DNA of 64,000 nt, taken from NCBI GenBank assembly GCA_963796105.1, contig CAWCKJ010000010.1, positions 64,001 to 128,000 on the forward strand, read 5' to 3'. Every line of letters starts with the position of its first letter. The stretch's first letter is position 1. The notes below the pieces were generated by a model. The model did no database searches, was not told the DNA's origin, and worked only from the letters and a program-made list of their open reading frames with translations. This document shows, in pieces, positions 32,519 to 41,542 of the stretch. A program made the position numbers and the translations under genes. The stretch is from a candidate division FCPU426 bacterium. GTDB taxonomy: Bacteria > Oederibacteriota > Muellerivitia > Muellerivitales > Muellerivitaceae.

Positions 32519-33688
32519 TTGACCTTGGGAATTCGATTCTTAACCTCTGGAGAGTCACACGGAAAGGGTTTGATCGCCATACTGGAGGGATTTCCTTCTA
32601 ACCTCGCCGTTTCAGTTGATGACATTAATACGGAGCTCGCCCGCCGGCAGAAAGGTTATGGGCGTGGCGGTAGGATGAAAATTGAAAAAGATCAAGTGGA
32701 AATTTTATCTGGAGTGAGAAAGGGCATCACGCTGGGTTCGCCGATTGCGTTATTGATTAATAACCTTGATTATGAAAACTGGCGAAAAATAATGACCCCT
32801 AACTTAGAGGACGCTTTTAATGCGAGTTCTGTTCAGCGACCACGACCTGGCCATGCTGATCTTCCCGGGGGTATCAAATACAACCAGAACGACTTGAGAA
32901 ACATATTGGAGAGAGCCAGTGCACGCGAGACTGCCATAAGGGTTGCAGCAGGCGCCGTGGCTAAGAAATTTTTAACCCAATTTGGGATTTCCATTCAAAG
33001 CCATGTGATTCAACTGGGTGCGGTAAAGGTCAATCAACGAAAGTTACGGTTACAAAAAATCAATCAATTGGCAGATCGTTCTCCTGTGAGAATGTTGGAA
33101 GAAAATGCATCGAGAAAAGCCGTGTCTCAGATCGATCAGTCGCGGGAAAAAGGCAATACCCTTGGGGGTGTCTTTGAAATCGTTGCTACTGGGGTTCCGG
33201 TTGGTATTGGCAGCCATGTTCAATGGGATAGGAAATTAGACGCACGGTTAGCATATTCCTTGATGAGTATGCAAGCCATTAAAGGCGTTGAGATAGGCCG
33301 GGGTTTTGAAAACGCTGGTAAATTAGGTTCGGAAGTCCATGATGAAATTATGTTCACTAAAAAAAGAGGATTTTACCATTTCACTAATAATGCCGGAGGA
33401 ATAGAAGGCGGAATTTCCAACGGAGAACCTATTGTGTTACGGGCTGCCATGAAGCCGATTTCAACACTTCGGCGACCTCTTCGTTCCATCAATATTCAGA
33501 CCAAGAAAATCGTCAAGGCGACTTATGAAAGATCCGATATATGCGCATTGCCCGCGGCTTCGATCATTGGAGAGGCATTATGCGCTTGGGTTTTAGCCGA
33601 CGGTTTCATGGAAAAATTCGGGGGTGATTTTATGGAGGAAATCCTTAAACGCCACCAAATATATTTAAACCATATCAAACGGTACTAA
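32519..33688 (+). CDS. aroC: Chorismate synthase
   Basis: GESHG, RPGHAD, ERASARETA, MKPISTL, ERSD. Confidence 0.96.
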   Translation: MTLGIRFLTSGESHGKGLIAILEGFPSNLAVSVDDINTELARRQKGYGRGGRMKIEKDQVEILSGVRKGITLGSPIALLINNLDYENWRKIMTPNLEDAFNASSVQRPRPGHADLPGGIKYNQNDLRNILERASARETAIRVAAGAVAKKFLTQFGISIQSHVIQLGAVKVNQRKLRLQKINQLADRSPVRMLEENASRKAVSQIDQSREKGNTLGGVFEIVATGVPVGIGSHVQWDRKLDARLAYSLMSMQAIKGVEIGRGFENAGKLGSEVHDEIMFTKKRGFYHFTNNAGGIEGGISNGEPIVLRAAMKPISTLRRPLRSINIQTKKIVKATYERSDICALPAASIIGEALCAWVLADGFMEKFGGDFMEEILKRHQIYLNHIKRY

Positions 33689-33696
33689 ATTTTCTC

Positions 33697-34212
33697 ATGA
33701 TTCCCCATGATAACATCATCTTAGTTGGTTTTATGGGTTCTGGAAAAACGACCACAGGTAAAGAATTGGCGCAGTTGATCCGGTACAATTTCTGGGATAT
33801 TGATCACTGGATTGAGGAAAAAAATTTCAAGAAAGTCAGCGACATATTCCGTGATGAGGGTGAAGCTTCATTTCGAATTCAAGAAAAAGAAGCTATCCAA
33901 TGGTTTACAGGAAGGAAAAAATACGTAGTTTCAACAGGTGGAGGTATTTGGATTAATGAAGAGAATCGTAAGCAGCTGTTGGAATTGGGTTTGTGTATAT
34001 GGCTAAAAGTATCGCCCAAACAGGTTTTTGATAGGATCAAACATAGTTTGCCTCAGAGGCCGCTTTTGGCGAGGGAGCCGGACCCATTGAAAAAGATTAC
34101 AGAACTGATGGAAATGAGAAATGTCTTCTATGAACAAACGCAATTCTCGATAAATACTGACGGAAAACAGCCCAAAGAAGTCGCAATCGAAATAGAAAAA
34201 ATATTGGAATGA
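33697..34212 (+). CDS. aroK: Shikimate kinase
   Basis: GFMGSGKTT, GE..FR, STGGG, RPLL. Confidence 0.94.
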   Translation: MIPHDNIILVGFMGSGKTTTGKELAQLIRYNFWDIDHWIEEKNFKKVSDIFRDEGEASFRIQEKEAIQWFTGRKKYVVSTGGGIWINEENRKQLLELGLCIWLKVSPKQVFDRIKHSLPQRPLLAREPDPLKKITELMEMRNVFYEQTQFSINTDGKQPKEVAIEIEKILE

Positions 34213-34429
34213 TCATAGCGAAATAGCTTCTCTGGTCTTTTAAAATTTATCATTGATTTTTTATATCTTCTACAGGGTTCACGGCAAAACTCATGCAATG
34301 AGGGAATATTTTATTAAGACGTGAATTGCGACATTTTCTGAAGGTGTGAGCCGCTTTTAACTCTTGGAACTTTTTCAAATTTGAAAATTATTATTGTTTA
34401 TTAGACAAAATAGTTAAAGGGCTATACAA

Positions 34430-35536
34430 ATGAAAATTGTTCCAGTGAAACTTTTAGAAACTCATTACGATATAATCATCGGCGAAAATGCATTGGCAAA
34501 CTCGCATAAATACATTCCGGGAGTAATTCCCGGGAATAAAATACTCGTCATTACAACGGGAAACATTTATAAAAAATACGGGGCTAAACTCTGGGGAAGC
34601 CTGAAAAAAACAAGAAAAGCAATAATCTTTCACCTGATTCCGGACGGGGAAGTTTACAAAAACCAAAAATATTTATTTTATTTGTTAAATATGATGTCTA
34701 AAACAAGATTGCAAAGAGATTGCGGCATTATCGCGTTTGGTGGTGGAGTGATTGGCGATTTGACGGGTTTTGCCGCTTCCATCTATATGCGCGGAATTAA
34801 GTTTGTCCAGTGTCCTACAACCCTGCTGGCACAAGTTGATGCCAGTATCGGGGGAAAAACGGCTGTTGATTATTATGGTGTCAAAAATCTGATAGGTTCT
34901 TTTTATCAGCCAAATCTTGTATTAACCGATATAAGTGTTTTAAAAACTCTGGATAAAAGACAATTCAGGACTGGTTTGGCGGAAATCATAAAACATGGAA
35001 TTATTCTCGATCCGAAATTGTTCAATTATTTGGAATTGAATCTTGATAAAGCATTAAACCGAAATCCTAAAATTTTGCTGACGATTATTGCTAGATCTTG
35101 TGAAATAAAAGCTGGGATCGTTTCTAAGGATGAGAAGGAATCGGGAATTCGGATGTGGCTAAATTATGGCCATACTTTCGGCCATGCCTTGGAATCATAC
35201 TTTAAATATAAGATAGTAACTCATGGAGAAGCGGTTGCTTATGGAATGCGATTGGCTTCTTTGGTTTCGCTGCGTTTAAACCTTTGCGGTCCTGAGGTTG
35301 TGGCTCGTCAATATGATTTATTAAAAAGAGCTGGATTGTTTCGCAAAGTTCCCCATTTTGAGTTAAATGAAATTTATCAAAAAATGTTCCTGGATAAAAA
35401 GGCAAGAAACGGCGGAATCCAATTTGTATTGACAAGAAAAATCGGTCTTGTTAGCATTCATAAAAGTGTGTCAAAATCCGTTCTTTTTTCGGCTTTAAAT
35501 CAACTTCAAAATGAATTGAGAGAGAATTATAACTGA
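34430..35536 (+). CDS. aroB: 3-dehydroquinate synthase
   Basis: GGGVIGD, PTTLLAQVDASIGGKT, LNYGHTFGHALE, HGEAV. Confidence 0.96.
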   Translation: MKIVPVKLLETHYDIIIGENALANSHKYIPGVIPGNKILVITTGNIYKKYGAKLWGSLKKTRKAIIFHLIPDGEVYKNQKYLFYLLNMMSKTRLQRDCGIIAFGGGVIGDLTGFAASIYMRGIKFVQCPTTLLAQVDASIGGKTAVDYYGVKNLIGSFYQPNLVLTDISVLKTLDKRQFRTGLAEIIKHGIILDPKLFNYLELNLDKALNRNPKILLTIIARSCEIKAGIVSKDEKESGIRMWLNYGHTFGHALESYFKYKIVTHGEAVAYGMRLASLVSLRLNLCGPEVVARQYDLLKRAGLFRKVPHFELNEIYQKMFLDKKARNGGIQFVLTRKIGLVSIHKSVSKSVLFSALNQLQNELRENYN

Positions 35537-35537
35537 A

Positions 35538-36833
35538 ATGCCCAAGGACTCCCATACGTCGGAAATAAACGAACTTAAAAAAAAGATGGAAGAAAACCCG
35601 GATTCATTGGTATTTGCTCTTTTAGCAGATGCTTACCGCAAAGAAGGCGATTTAGTTCAAGCGCAAGAAATTTGTCAAAAGGGCCTCCAAAAACATCCCA
35701 ACCATACAATTGCTAAAATCGTGTTAGGCAGGATATTCCAGGGCCAAAATAAAGTTGACGATGCGTCGCTGGAATATAAACAAGTCCTTGAAGCGGATCC
35801 GGAAAATATTATGGCTCATTCTCTTCTTGGCTCACTTCACGTCCAAAAAAAAGAATATCAAGAAGCTATTGAGGAATTCCAAAAAGTATTAACGCTGAAT
35901 CCAGATGATGAGGAGGCTCCAATTGCGTTAAAGGAAGCAATCGAGAGAGCGGCGATTGAACAGCAAAATAACATTAAAACCTCCAATAAAGAAGCCGCCC
36001 AAACCAACGTGAAAAATCCAACGAAAGAAAGTAATGCCACAATAACCTTGGCAGAGCTTTACATTAAGCAAAATCATTTTGATAAGGCGATCGAGGTCTT
36101 TCAAGAGCTTTTGGCTAATGATCCTCAAAATCTTATGCTCCGACAAAAGCTTTCGGATGCCGTTGAAAGACACCAAAAAGATTCCGCCGTAGGGCCTATA
36201 GTGACTAAGCTTAAAAAAAATGAATTCACCCAACCGCCGGATCATAAAGAGGATGTTTTGGTAGAAGAACAAAAATCCGAGACTAAAAAGTATCCGAAGA
36301 AAAAGGAAGATGATTCTAAGTTTACAAATGAGGATATCCTACAAGTCATGCGACGTGGCGGCAAAGATGACATTATGGAGGAAGAAAAGACCATTCCGAG
36401 TATGAAGAAAAAAGATGACCTTATGCCCGTCTCTCAAGAGGGGGCGGAAAAAAATACTAACCCTAAATGGAATGCCAAAAATAATGTTGAATTAAAGAGC
36501 ATTTTGGGGGAACTGGGAAGCGTTGATGGAATCATCGATTGCTTTTTAATAGATTTGAATGGAAATCTCGTTGTTTCAACGGATGAATCAGGTAATAATG
36601 CTGTTTTGGGAAAACAAATAAATACTATATTTGATAGTATCACTAAATCCGTTAATAAGTTAAATCAAGGGAATTCGCAGCAAATATTAATAACCTCTGA
36701 CTCCGGGCACATACAGTTGGTCTCTTTTCCAGAGTTGATATTAATTGTATTGACCAATAACAAAATAAATTTGGGTTTTTTGAGGCTAACTTTAGATTCG
36801 GTCCGAAAGAAAATGGAAAAAGTAATAAAGTAG
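35538..36833 (+). CDS. TPR protein with C-terminal roadblock/LC7-like domain
   Basis: N-terminal TPRs (P.SLVFALLADAYRK.G), TLAELYIKQ motif, charged linker, C-terminal V.GI..C.LID..G...NLG.LRL. Confidence 0.75.
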   Translation: MPKDSHTSEINELKKKMEENPDSLVFALLADAYRKEGDLVQAQEICQKGLQKHPNHTIAKIVLGRIFQGQNKVDDASLEYKQVLEADPENIMAHSLLGSLHVQKKEYQEAIEEFQKVLTLNPDDEEAPIALKEAIERAAIEQQNNIKTSNKEAAQTNVKNPTKESNATITLAELYIKQNHFDKAIEVFQELLANDPQNLMLRQKLSDAVERHQKDSAVGPIVTKLKKNEFTQPPDHKEDVLVEEQKSETKKYPKKKEDDSKFTNEDILQVMRRGGKDDIMEEEKTIPSMKKKDDLMPVSQEGAEKNTNPKWNAKNNVELKSILGELGSVDGIIDCFLIDLNGNLVVSTDESGNNAVLGKQINTIFDSITKSVNKLNQGNSQQILITSDSGHIQLVSFPELILIVLTNNKINLGFLRLTLDSVRKKMEKVIK

Positions 36834-36877
36834 AATATTTTTCAAAATTTAAAAAGGGTTTAAATTAAGGTTTAAAA

Positions 36878-37237
36878 ATGGATTTTAAAAAAATATTAGA
36901 GGAAACAATTTTGAGCGTCGAAGGCGCCATTGGCGCTGGATTGGTAGGCATGGATGGAATAGTCATCGATCAAATCTCCAAAAATTCAACATTTGACATC
37001 AACGCGGTGGGCGCGGAATATTCAAGCATTATTAAAAACGCCTTGAAGGCTTCCTCGAATTTCGGTTTGGGAAACACTACTGAAATATTGATTACGACTG
37101 ATAAGGCAACCATGATCATGATGATGGTAGGCCAGAATTATTTCATTACCTTGGCCCTTAACCTGGATGGAAATTTAGGAAGAGGCCGGCTGGAGTTAAA
37201 GAAATCCATCCCCAAGTTTGAAAAAGAGTTAACCTAA
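36878..37237 (+). CDS. Roadblock/LC7 domain protein (MglB/MglC-like)
   Basis: VEGAIGAGLVGMDGI and DGNLGRGRL motifs; 119 aa. Confidence 0.85.
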   Translation: MDFKKILEETILSVEGAIGAGLVGMDGIVIDQISKNSTFDINAVGAEYSSIIKNALKASSNFGLGNTTEILITTDKATMIMMMVGQNYFITLALNLDGNLGRGRLELKKSIPKFEKELT

Positions 37238-37239
37238 AG

Positions 37240-38079
37240 TTGGTCCATTCGGAATCAAATTTCTCTCAAACAGATCCCTTCGATCCGGAATTGTTGAAAT
37301 ATACCGGGATTAAAAATGTGTTTAAGTCCTGGTTTTGGAGAAGTTACGACCATTTAGGGCATATTATTCTTTACAATTTTATTTGGGCGGGCTGTCTCAC
37401 TTGCTTGGATTATTTCGTTTGGAACAGGGGGTGGTGCGGCTCTTGGCAGAAGTTAAATACCCCCGTTATTTTCGTATTGTTCTTATTTAACAGCGGCATT
37501 TCAGTTGGCTGGGCCTATATTATCTTTAAAATCATCAACGAAAGAACCGCGAATATTAAGGATTATTTTATTGGCGTTAAAAGCTATTTGATTAAGGCGT
37601 TGGGTATCACGGGAATAACTTTCCTCCTATTCTTGATCGCATATTATGATTTTTTGTTTTATATCACTCTTTTGAATCGTCAGAATATCCTTGTTTATCT
37701 AACATTTGGTTTGACAACTTGGATTTTATTGTTTCTTGCATGCTGCACTCTCTATCAATTTCCCTTATTGTTTTTTCAGGACCCTCCCTTTTGGAAAATA
37801 TATTATCGCTCTGGAATTTTAGTGATCGGAAATATTTGGCTAGCCCTCTTTATGGTTATCTTCTTTTTAATCTCTTTTAGCCTCTTTATGGCGGTGCCGG
37901 TAGCGTGGTTTTTTGGCGGTTTGGCTTATTTCTTTTCGTTCCAATGTGTAGTGCTTGAAAAGAGTTTGATTAAGTATAAAATAACATTTAGAGACAGGCC
38001 TTTGCGGGAATTCCTTCAATTTTTAGAGACGGAAAATAACAGGGGGTGGCGTCAATTTTTCCGCCCTTGGGAGCATTGA
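37240..38079 (+). CDS. Hypothetical membrane protein (DUF624/YesL-like)
   Basis: 5-6 hydrophobic segments, FW..YDH N-terminal motif. Confidence 0.6.
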   Translation: MVHSESNFSQTDPFDPELLKYTGIKNVFKSWFWRSYDHLGHIILYNFIWAGCLTCLDYFVWNRGWCGSWQKLNTPVIFVLFLFNSGISVGWAYIIFKIINERTANIKDYFIGVKSYLIKALGITGITFLLFLIAYYDFLFYITLLNRQNILVYLTFGLTTWILLFLACCTLYQFPLLFFQDPPFWKIYYRSGILVIGNIWLALFMVIFFLISFSLFMAVPVAWFFGGLAYFFSFQCVVLEKSLIKYKITFRDRPLREFLQFLETENNRGWRQFFRPWEH

Positions 38080-38366
38080 TGAACCGACCGATAAGATGGG
38101 GCATGCTTTTTACCATAGGAATCATTGCGTATCTACTGGTCAGCGGAAATCGCGGGATATGGAATTTGTATCAAATGCACGATGAGAAAGTGAAACTGAA
38201 ATTGGATGTCCAGAATTTAGAAACCGAAATTCTCAGGAATCAAATGGAATACAAATCATTTGGGAAAAGCAACTCAAGTTTCGAGAAACAGGCCCGGGAG
38301 GATTTAAACCTAATTAAGCCAGGGGAAATAGAATATAAATTCGCTTCCTCCAATGGTAACCGTTGA
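38079..38366 (+). CDS. Septum formation initiator (FtsB/DivIC family)
   Basis: TM, G.RG, coiled coil, EKQAREDLNLIKPGE. Confidence 0.88.
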   Translation: MNRPIRWGMLFTIGIIAYLLVSGNRGIWNLYQMHDEKVKLKLDVQNLETEILRNQMEYKSFGKSNSSFEKQAREDLNLIKPGEIEYKFASSNGNR

Positions 38367-38386
38367 TATCCATCCATTAAACTTAA

Positions 38387-38415
38387 TTGACATCCTAGCA
38401 TTAGCCGGTTATCTT
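38387..38415 (+). promoter_or_regulatory. Sigma70-type promoter for tRNA pair
   Basis: TTGACA-N17-TATCTT. Confidence 0.55.
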
Positions 38416-38536
38416 ACATTTTCTTGAATTTTTCCTTTTAAACAGTAAAAATTATTCATATTGGTTTTTGATTTGTTTTCATGTTTTGAGCTTTAATTTT
38501 GCCTTTATGACTTGCGATTTTTGATAAAAAATGAAG

Positions 38537-38624
38537 GCCGAGATGGCGGAACTGGCAGACGCAAGGGACTTAAAATCCCTCGGGCCTAAAGCCCGTCCCG
38601 GTTCGATTCCGGGTCTCGGCACCA
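38537..38624 (+). tRNA. tRNA-Leu(TAA)
   Basis: GCCGAGA/TCTCGGC acceptor stem, anticodon loop CTTAAAA, long variable arm, GTTCGA, ACCA. Confidence 0.96.
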
Positions 38625-38657
38625 AGAATAGCTATGGCACTTTAAGTGCCAAAAAGA

Positions 38658-38734
<77 letters not shown>

Positions 38735-38738
38735 ACGG

Positions 38739-38769
38739 AAAAGCCGCCCATGAGGGCGGCTTTTTTTTT
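38739..38769 (+). terminator. Intrinsic terminator after tRNAs
   Basis: AAAAGCCGCCC-ATGA-GGGCGGCTTTTTTTTT. Confidence 0.9.
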
Positions 38770-38827
38770 AATGTGGGAACTTTTTATAGGCCCGTTGAAT
38801 TTGTTTTTCAGTCGACCTTTTTAATAT

Positions 38828-39664
38828 TTGGCATTTAACGCTAATCAAACCATTCGGAGTAAATGTTTGCGAACTTCAGCCTCGATTGCGCATTGGCTGC
38901 CTTATTTGGGGAAGTATTTAGAAAACCTCGTTCTTTTAGAAGATGGAGCATCCGAGCTTTTCAGACTATCCCTTTTGGGGAAAAAGTTAATTTCTTCCCG
39001 TTTGACGGAGCCCATTTGGGGTTATCAGGATATCCATTATCCTTTTAAACCTTTTCACGAACATCTATTGAAACAAGGTTTGAAAAAAGCGAGAAACCAG
39101 AATGTTTATGGACTCAAGGCGGATTGCGTATATTACCGGGAGGATTTGGGTAAAATACTTTTTATTATTTCCCGAGGGGTTAAAAACGGGGTTAGCGACT
39201 CAAATGTTGTTAAAGGCGGGGCAAAATATAAAGTTTCCTTTCTCATGGAAAATACGCACTCCGTCGAGGTTAAATATTTAAACCATCATTTTGATGTGAA
39301 AGTACCGCAAGTGGGCAGATTTATATTGGAAAAAGGACTCAGGCTAAAGAGGAATCGGATAATAAAACCAGCCTTGATTTTTTGGCTGGCGAGGGATTTG
39401 ACCAATATTATGGAATTAATGATCAATCACCGGGAACTACAAAATGAGGCATTAATGGATATGTCTGAAATACGGCCCTCCAGTTTGATCAAACAATTTC
39501 TGACGAACTTAAAATCCAACGGTCCCGGTTCAGTTGTTTGGGAATCAGCTCAAAAATTATTTTTGGAAAACCACCCAAATGAGAAAATCGTCCTGGTGAC
39601 CAGCTGGTATTGGAAATTTCTGACCCAAGTTTCCCAATTGCTCAGGGAAAAAACTAATGAGTGA
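38828..39664 (+). CDS. Hypothetical protein
   Basis: 278-aa ORF whose end overlaps the next start; no motif recognised; start uncertain. Confidence 0.55.
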   Translation: MAFNANQTIRSKCLRTSASIAHWLPYLGKYLENLVLLEDGASELFRLSLLGKKLISSRLTEPIWGYQDIHYPFKPFHEHLLKQGLKKARNQNVYGLKADCVYYREDLGKILFIISRGVKNGVSDSNVVKGGAKYKVSFLMENTHSVEVKYLNHHFDVKVPQVGRFILEKGLRLKRNRIIKPALIFWLARDLTNIMELMINHRELQNEALMDMSEIRPSSLIKQFLTNLKSNGPGSVVWESAQKLFLENHPNEKIVLVTSWYWKFLTQVSQLLREKTNE

Positions 39665-40421
39665 TAATAAAATAAAAAGCATGAGCGGGATTTTAGCCCC
39701 GTCTCGGTCTGTGGCCCTTGTGACGGGCGGATCCAGTTCACTGGGCGGGGCAATCAGCTTAAAGCTTGCTGCCCAGGGAATAAGGGTAGTCCTTCACTTC
39801 AGTCAATCCAAGGATAAAACCGAAAATCTTCAGAGGAAAATCCAATCGATGGGAGGCCGAGCCTTTTCCATTCATGCCGATTTAAACAACCCGAAACGGA
39901 CAAAACAGTTGGTGAAAAAAACAGTTCAAAAGTGGGGAAGACTTGATCTTTTGATCAATAACGCTTCGATATTCAATCCAACGCCCTTTCATGACGGCGA
40001 CATCGGGACCTGGGAAGAAATATTTCGCGTCAATGTCATGTCGCCGTTTATGTTATCCGCCGAAGCTGGAAAATGGCTGAGGAAAACCAGGGGGTGTATC
40101 GTGAATATCACCGATATTTATGGACAGGAACCCCGGCTAAAAAACTATGCGGCCTATTGCGCGTCTAAAGCCGCCCTGATTTCCTTGACGAAATGGCTGG
40201 CGTTTAATCTAGGACCCGAAGTCCGCGTGAACGCTGTTTCCCCCGGTGCGATTACTTTTCCCAACCAATACAAATCAGGAAAAAGAAAGAAGTTAACGGA
40301 TAAAACCGCGTTGAAAAGGAAAGGGCAACCCGAGGATATCGCCAACGCTGTTTGGATGATGGCTTCCAACCATTTTCTCACAGGACAAATACTCAATGTG
40401 GATGGGGGGCGTTTTATTTAA
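39657..40421 (+). CDS. SDR oxidoreductase, pteridine reductase (FolM/PTR1)-like
   Basis: VTGG...G, NNAS.F, IVNITD, YCASK, VRVNAVSPG; converges on folB-folK. Confidence 0.8.
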   Translation: MSDNKIKSMSGILAPSRSVALVTGGSSSLGGAISLKLAAQGIRVVLHFSQSKDKTENLQRKIQSMGGRAFSIHADLNNPKRTKQLVKKTVQKWGRLDLLINNASIFNPTPFHDGDIGTWEEIFRVNVMSPFMLSAEAGKWLRKTRGCIVNITDIYGQEPRLKNYAAYCASKAALISLTKWLAFNLGPEVRVNAVSPGAITFPNQYKSGKRKKLTDKTALKRKGQPEDIANAVWMMASNHFLTGQILNVDGGRFI

Positions 40422-41377
40422 AAAAGCGGCCTGGGCTGAAACGCGGGAAAGGTATCCGACGGCAGACGGCTGATTCGCTGGGTTCCATTTTTAAAAATCG
40501 ATGATATTTCAATCATCGATTTTCCGTTTTTAGGATGAATGAGATTTGGGCAAATCTCCAATAAGGGATAAAGGACAAAAGCTTTTTTCTCGATATCCGG
40601 GTGGGGGACGGAGTAATTTTTGTTCTTAACCACGGAATCCCCAAATAGGATTAAATCCACATCCAAGGTTCTCGGGCCGAAAGATTTATGGGTTTTTACC
40701 CGTTGATTCCTTTCCTCCAAATTGGAAATCCAATCGCGAATGGCTTTGGGATCTTCAATGTTATTCCTACCCGCGACCACCATGTTCCAAAATAGGGGCT
40801 GATTTTTAAAACCGACCGGGGTTGTCTTGTAGGCGTGTGAAATACCCTTCAAGTGAAACTTTTCATCCATCGCCTCCAGGGCTTTTTCCAAGTGAAGCCT
40901 GGGGGAAAGGTTCGAACCCAGGCTGAAGAAAGCCAATTCACGGGAAGAATGAGACGGCAAAGACCTGTGAATTTCCACGCCCACGCTTTGAGACCCGCGG
41001 ATGGCGCCAGGCTTGGAAACCCTAAGGAATATCTCCCTCAAGCCGAATTTCGTCATCAGGTATCGGGACAATTCCTCGGCGAGGGTTTCGACAAGCTGGA
41101 AACCGCTTTTCTCGACGAATGAAATCGTGCTTTTCGCGATTTTCTTGTAGTCGACCGCGTCCTCGATTCTGTCATTTCGCGCGGCTGAGCGGATGTCGCA
41201 AGGGAACTTCAAGTCGATCAGGACGTCTTGCTTTTGCTTGCGTTCCCACTCGAAAATCCCAATGATGCAACGGATTTTAAGCCCGGTTAAATGGATAAAA
41301 TCATCGTTTTTCAAATTTAACTCCAGTGAATGGACGGCATCTTTATGAGGTTTTGCATTTCCAGCTTGTAGTTTCAA
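40418..41377 (-). CDS. folK: Bifunctional dihydroneopterin aldolase / HPPK (FolB-FolK fusion)
   Basis: IG..EWER..KQ, DY, LVE..AE, KP.A (FolB); SLGSNL, F.N.V, GPRTLDVDLI, PHP (FolK). Confidence 0.92.
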   Translation of the reverse strand: MKLQAGNAKPHKDAVHSLELNLKNDDFIHLTGLKIRCIIGIFEWERKQKQDVLIDLKFPCDIRSAARNDRIEDAVDYKKIAKSTISFVEKSGFQLVETLAEELSRYLMTKFGLREIFLRVSKPGAIRGSQSVGVEIHRSLPSHSSRELAFFSLGSNLSPRLHLEKALEAMDEKFHLKGISHAYKTTPVGFKNQPLFWNMVVAGRNNIEDPKAIRDWISNLEERNQRVKTHKSFGPRTLDVDLILFGDSVVKNKNYSVPHPDIEKKAFVLYPLLEICPNLIHPKNGKSMIEISSIFKNGTQRISRLPSDTFPAFQPRPLF

Positions 41378-41542
41378 TCATGTAAGACTCGGGAGATTGT
41401 ACGGGATCAAGCCATCCCCTCGAAATTTCGCAGGTACATGTTTTCATCAAAACATATAGATATTCAGGCGGTTAGGCAACAGTCTTTTTGCCTATTTAGA
41501 ATTCCGGTTGACGGTTCATGAGGGTTTTGTTTTTATGGGGCC

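Noticed and set aside
34274..34355. Possible c-di-GMP-I riboswitch upstream of aroB (GGCAAA plus short hairpin)
   Set aside because: Lacks the GAAA tetraloop, GACGCAAAGC junction and second stem
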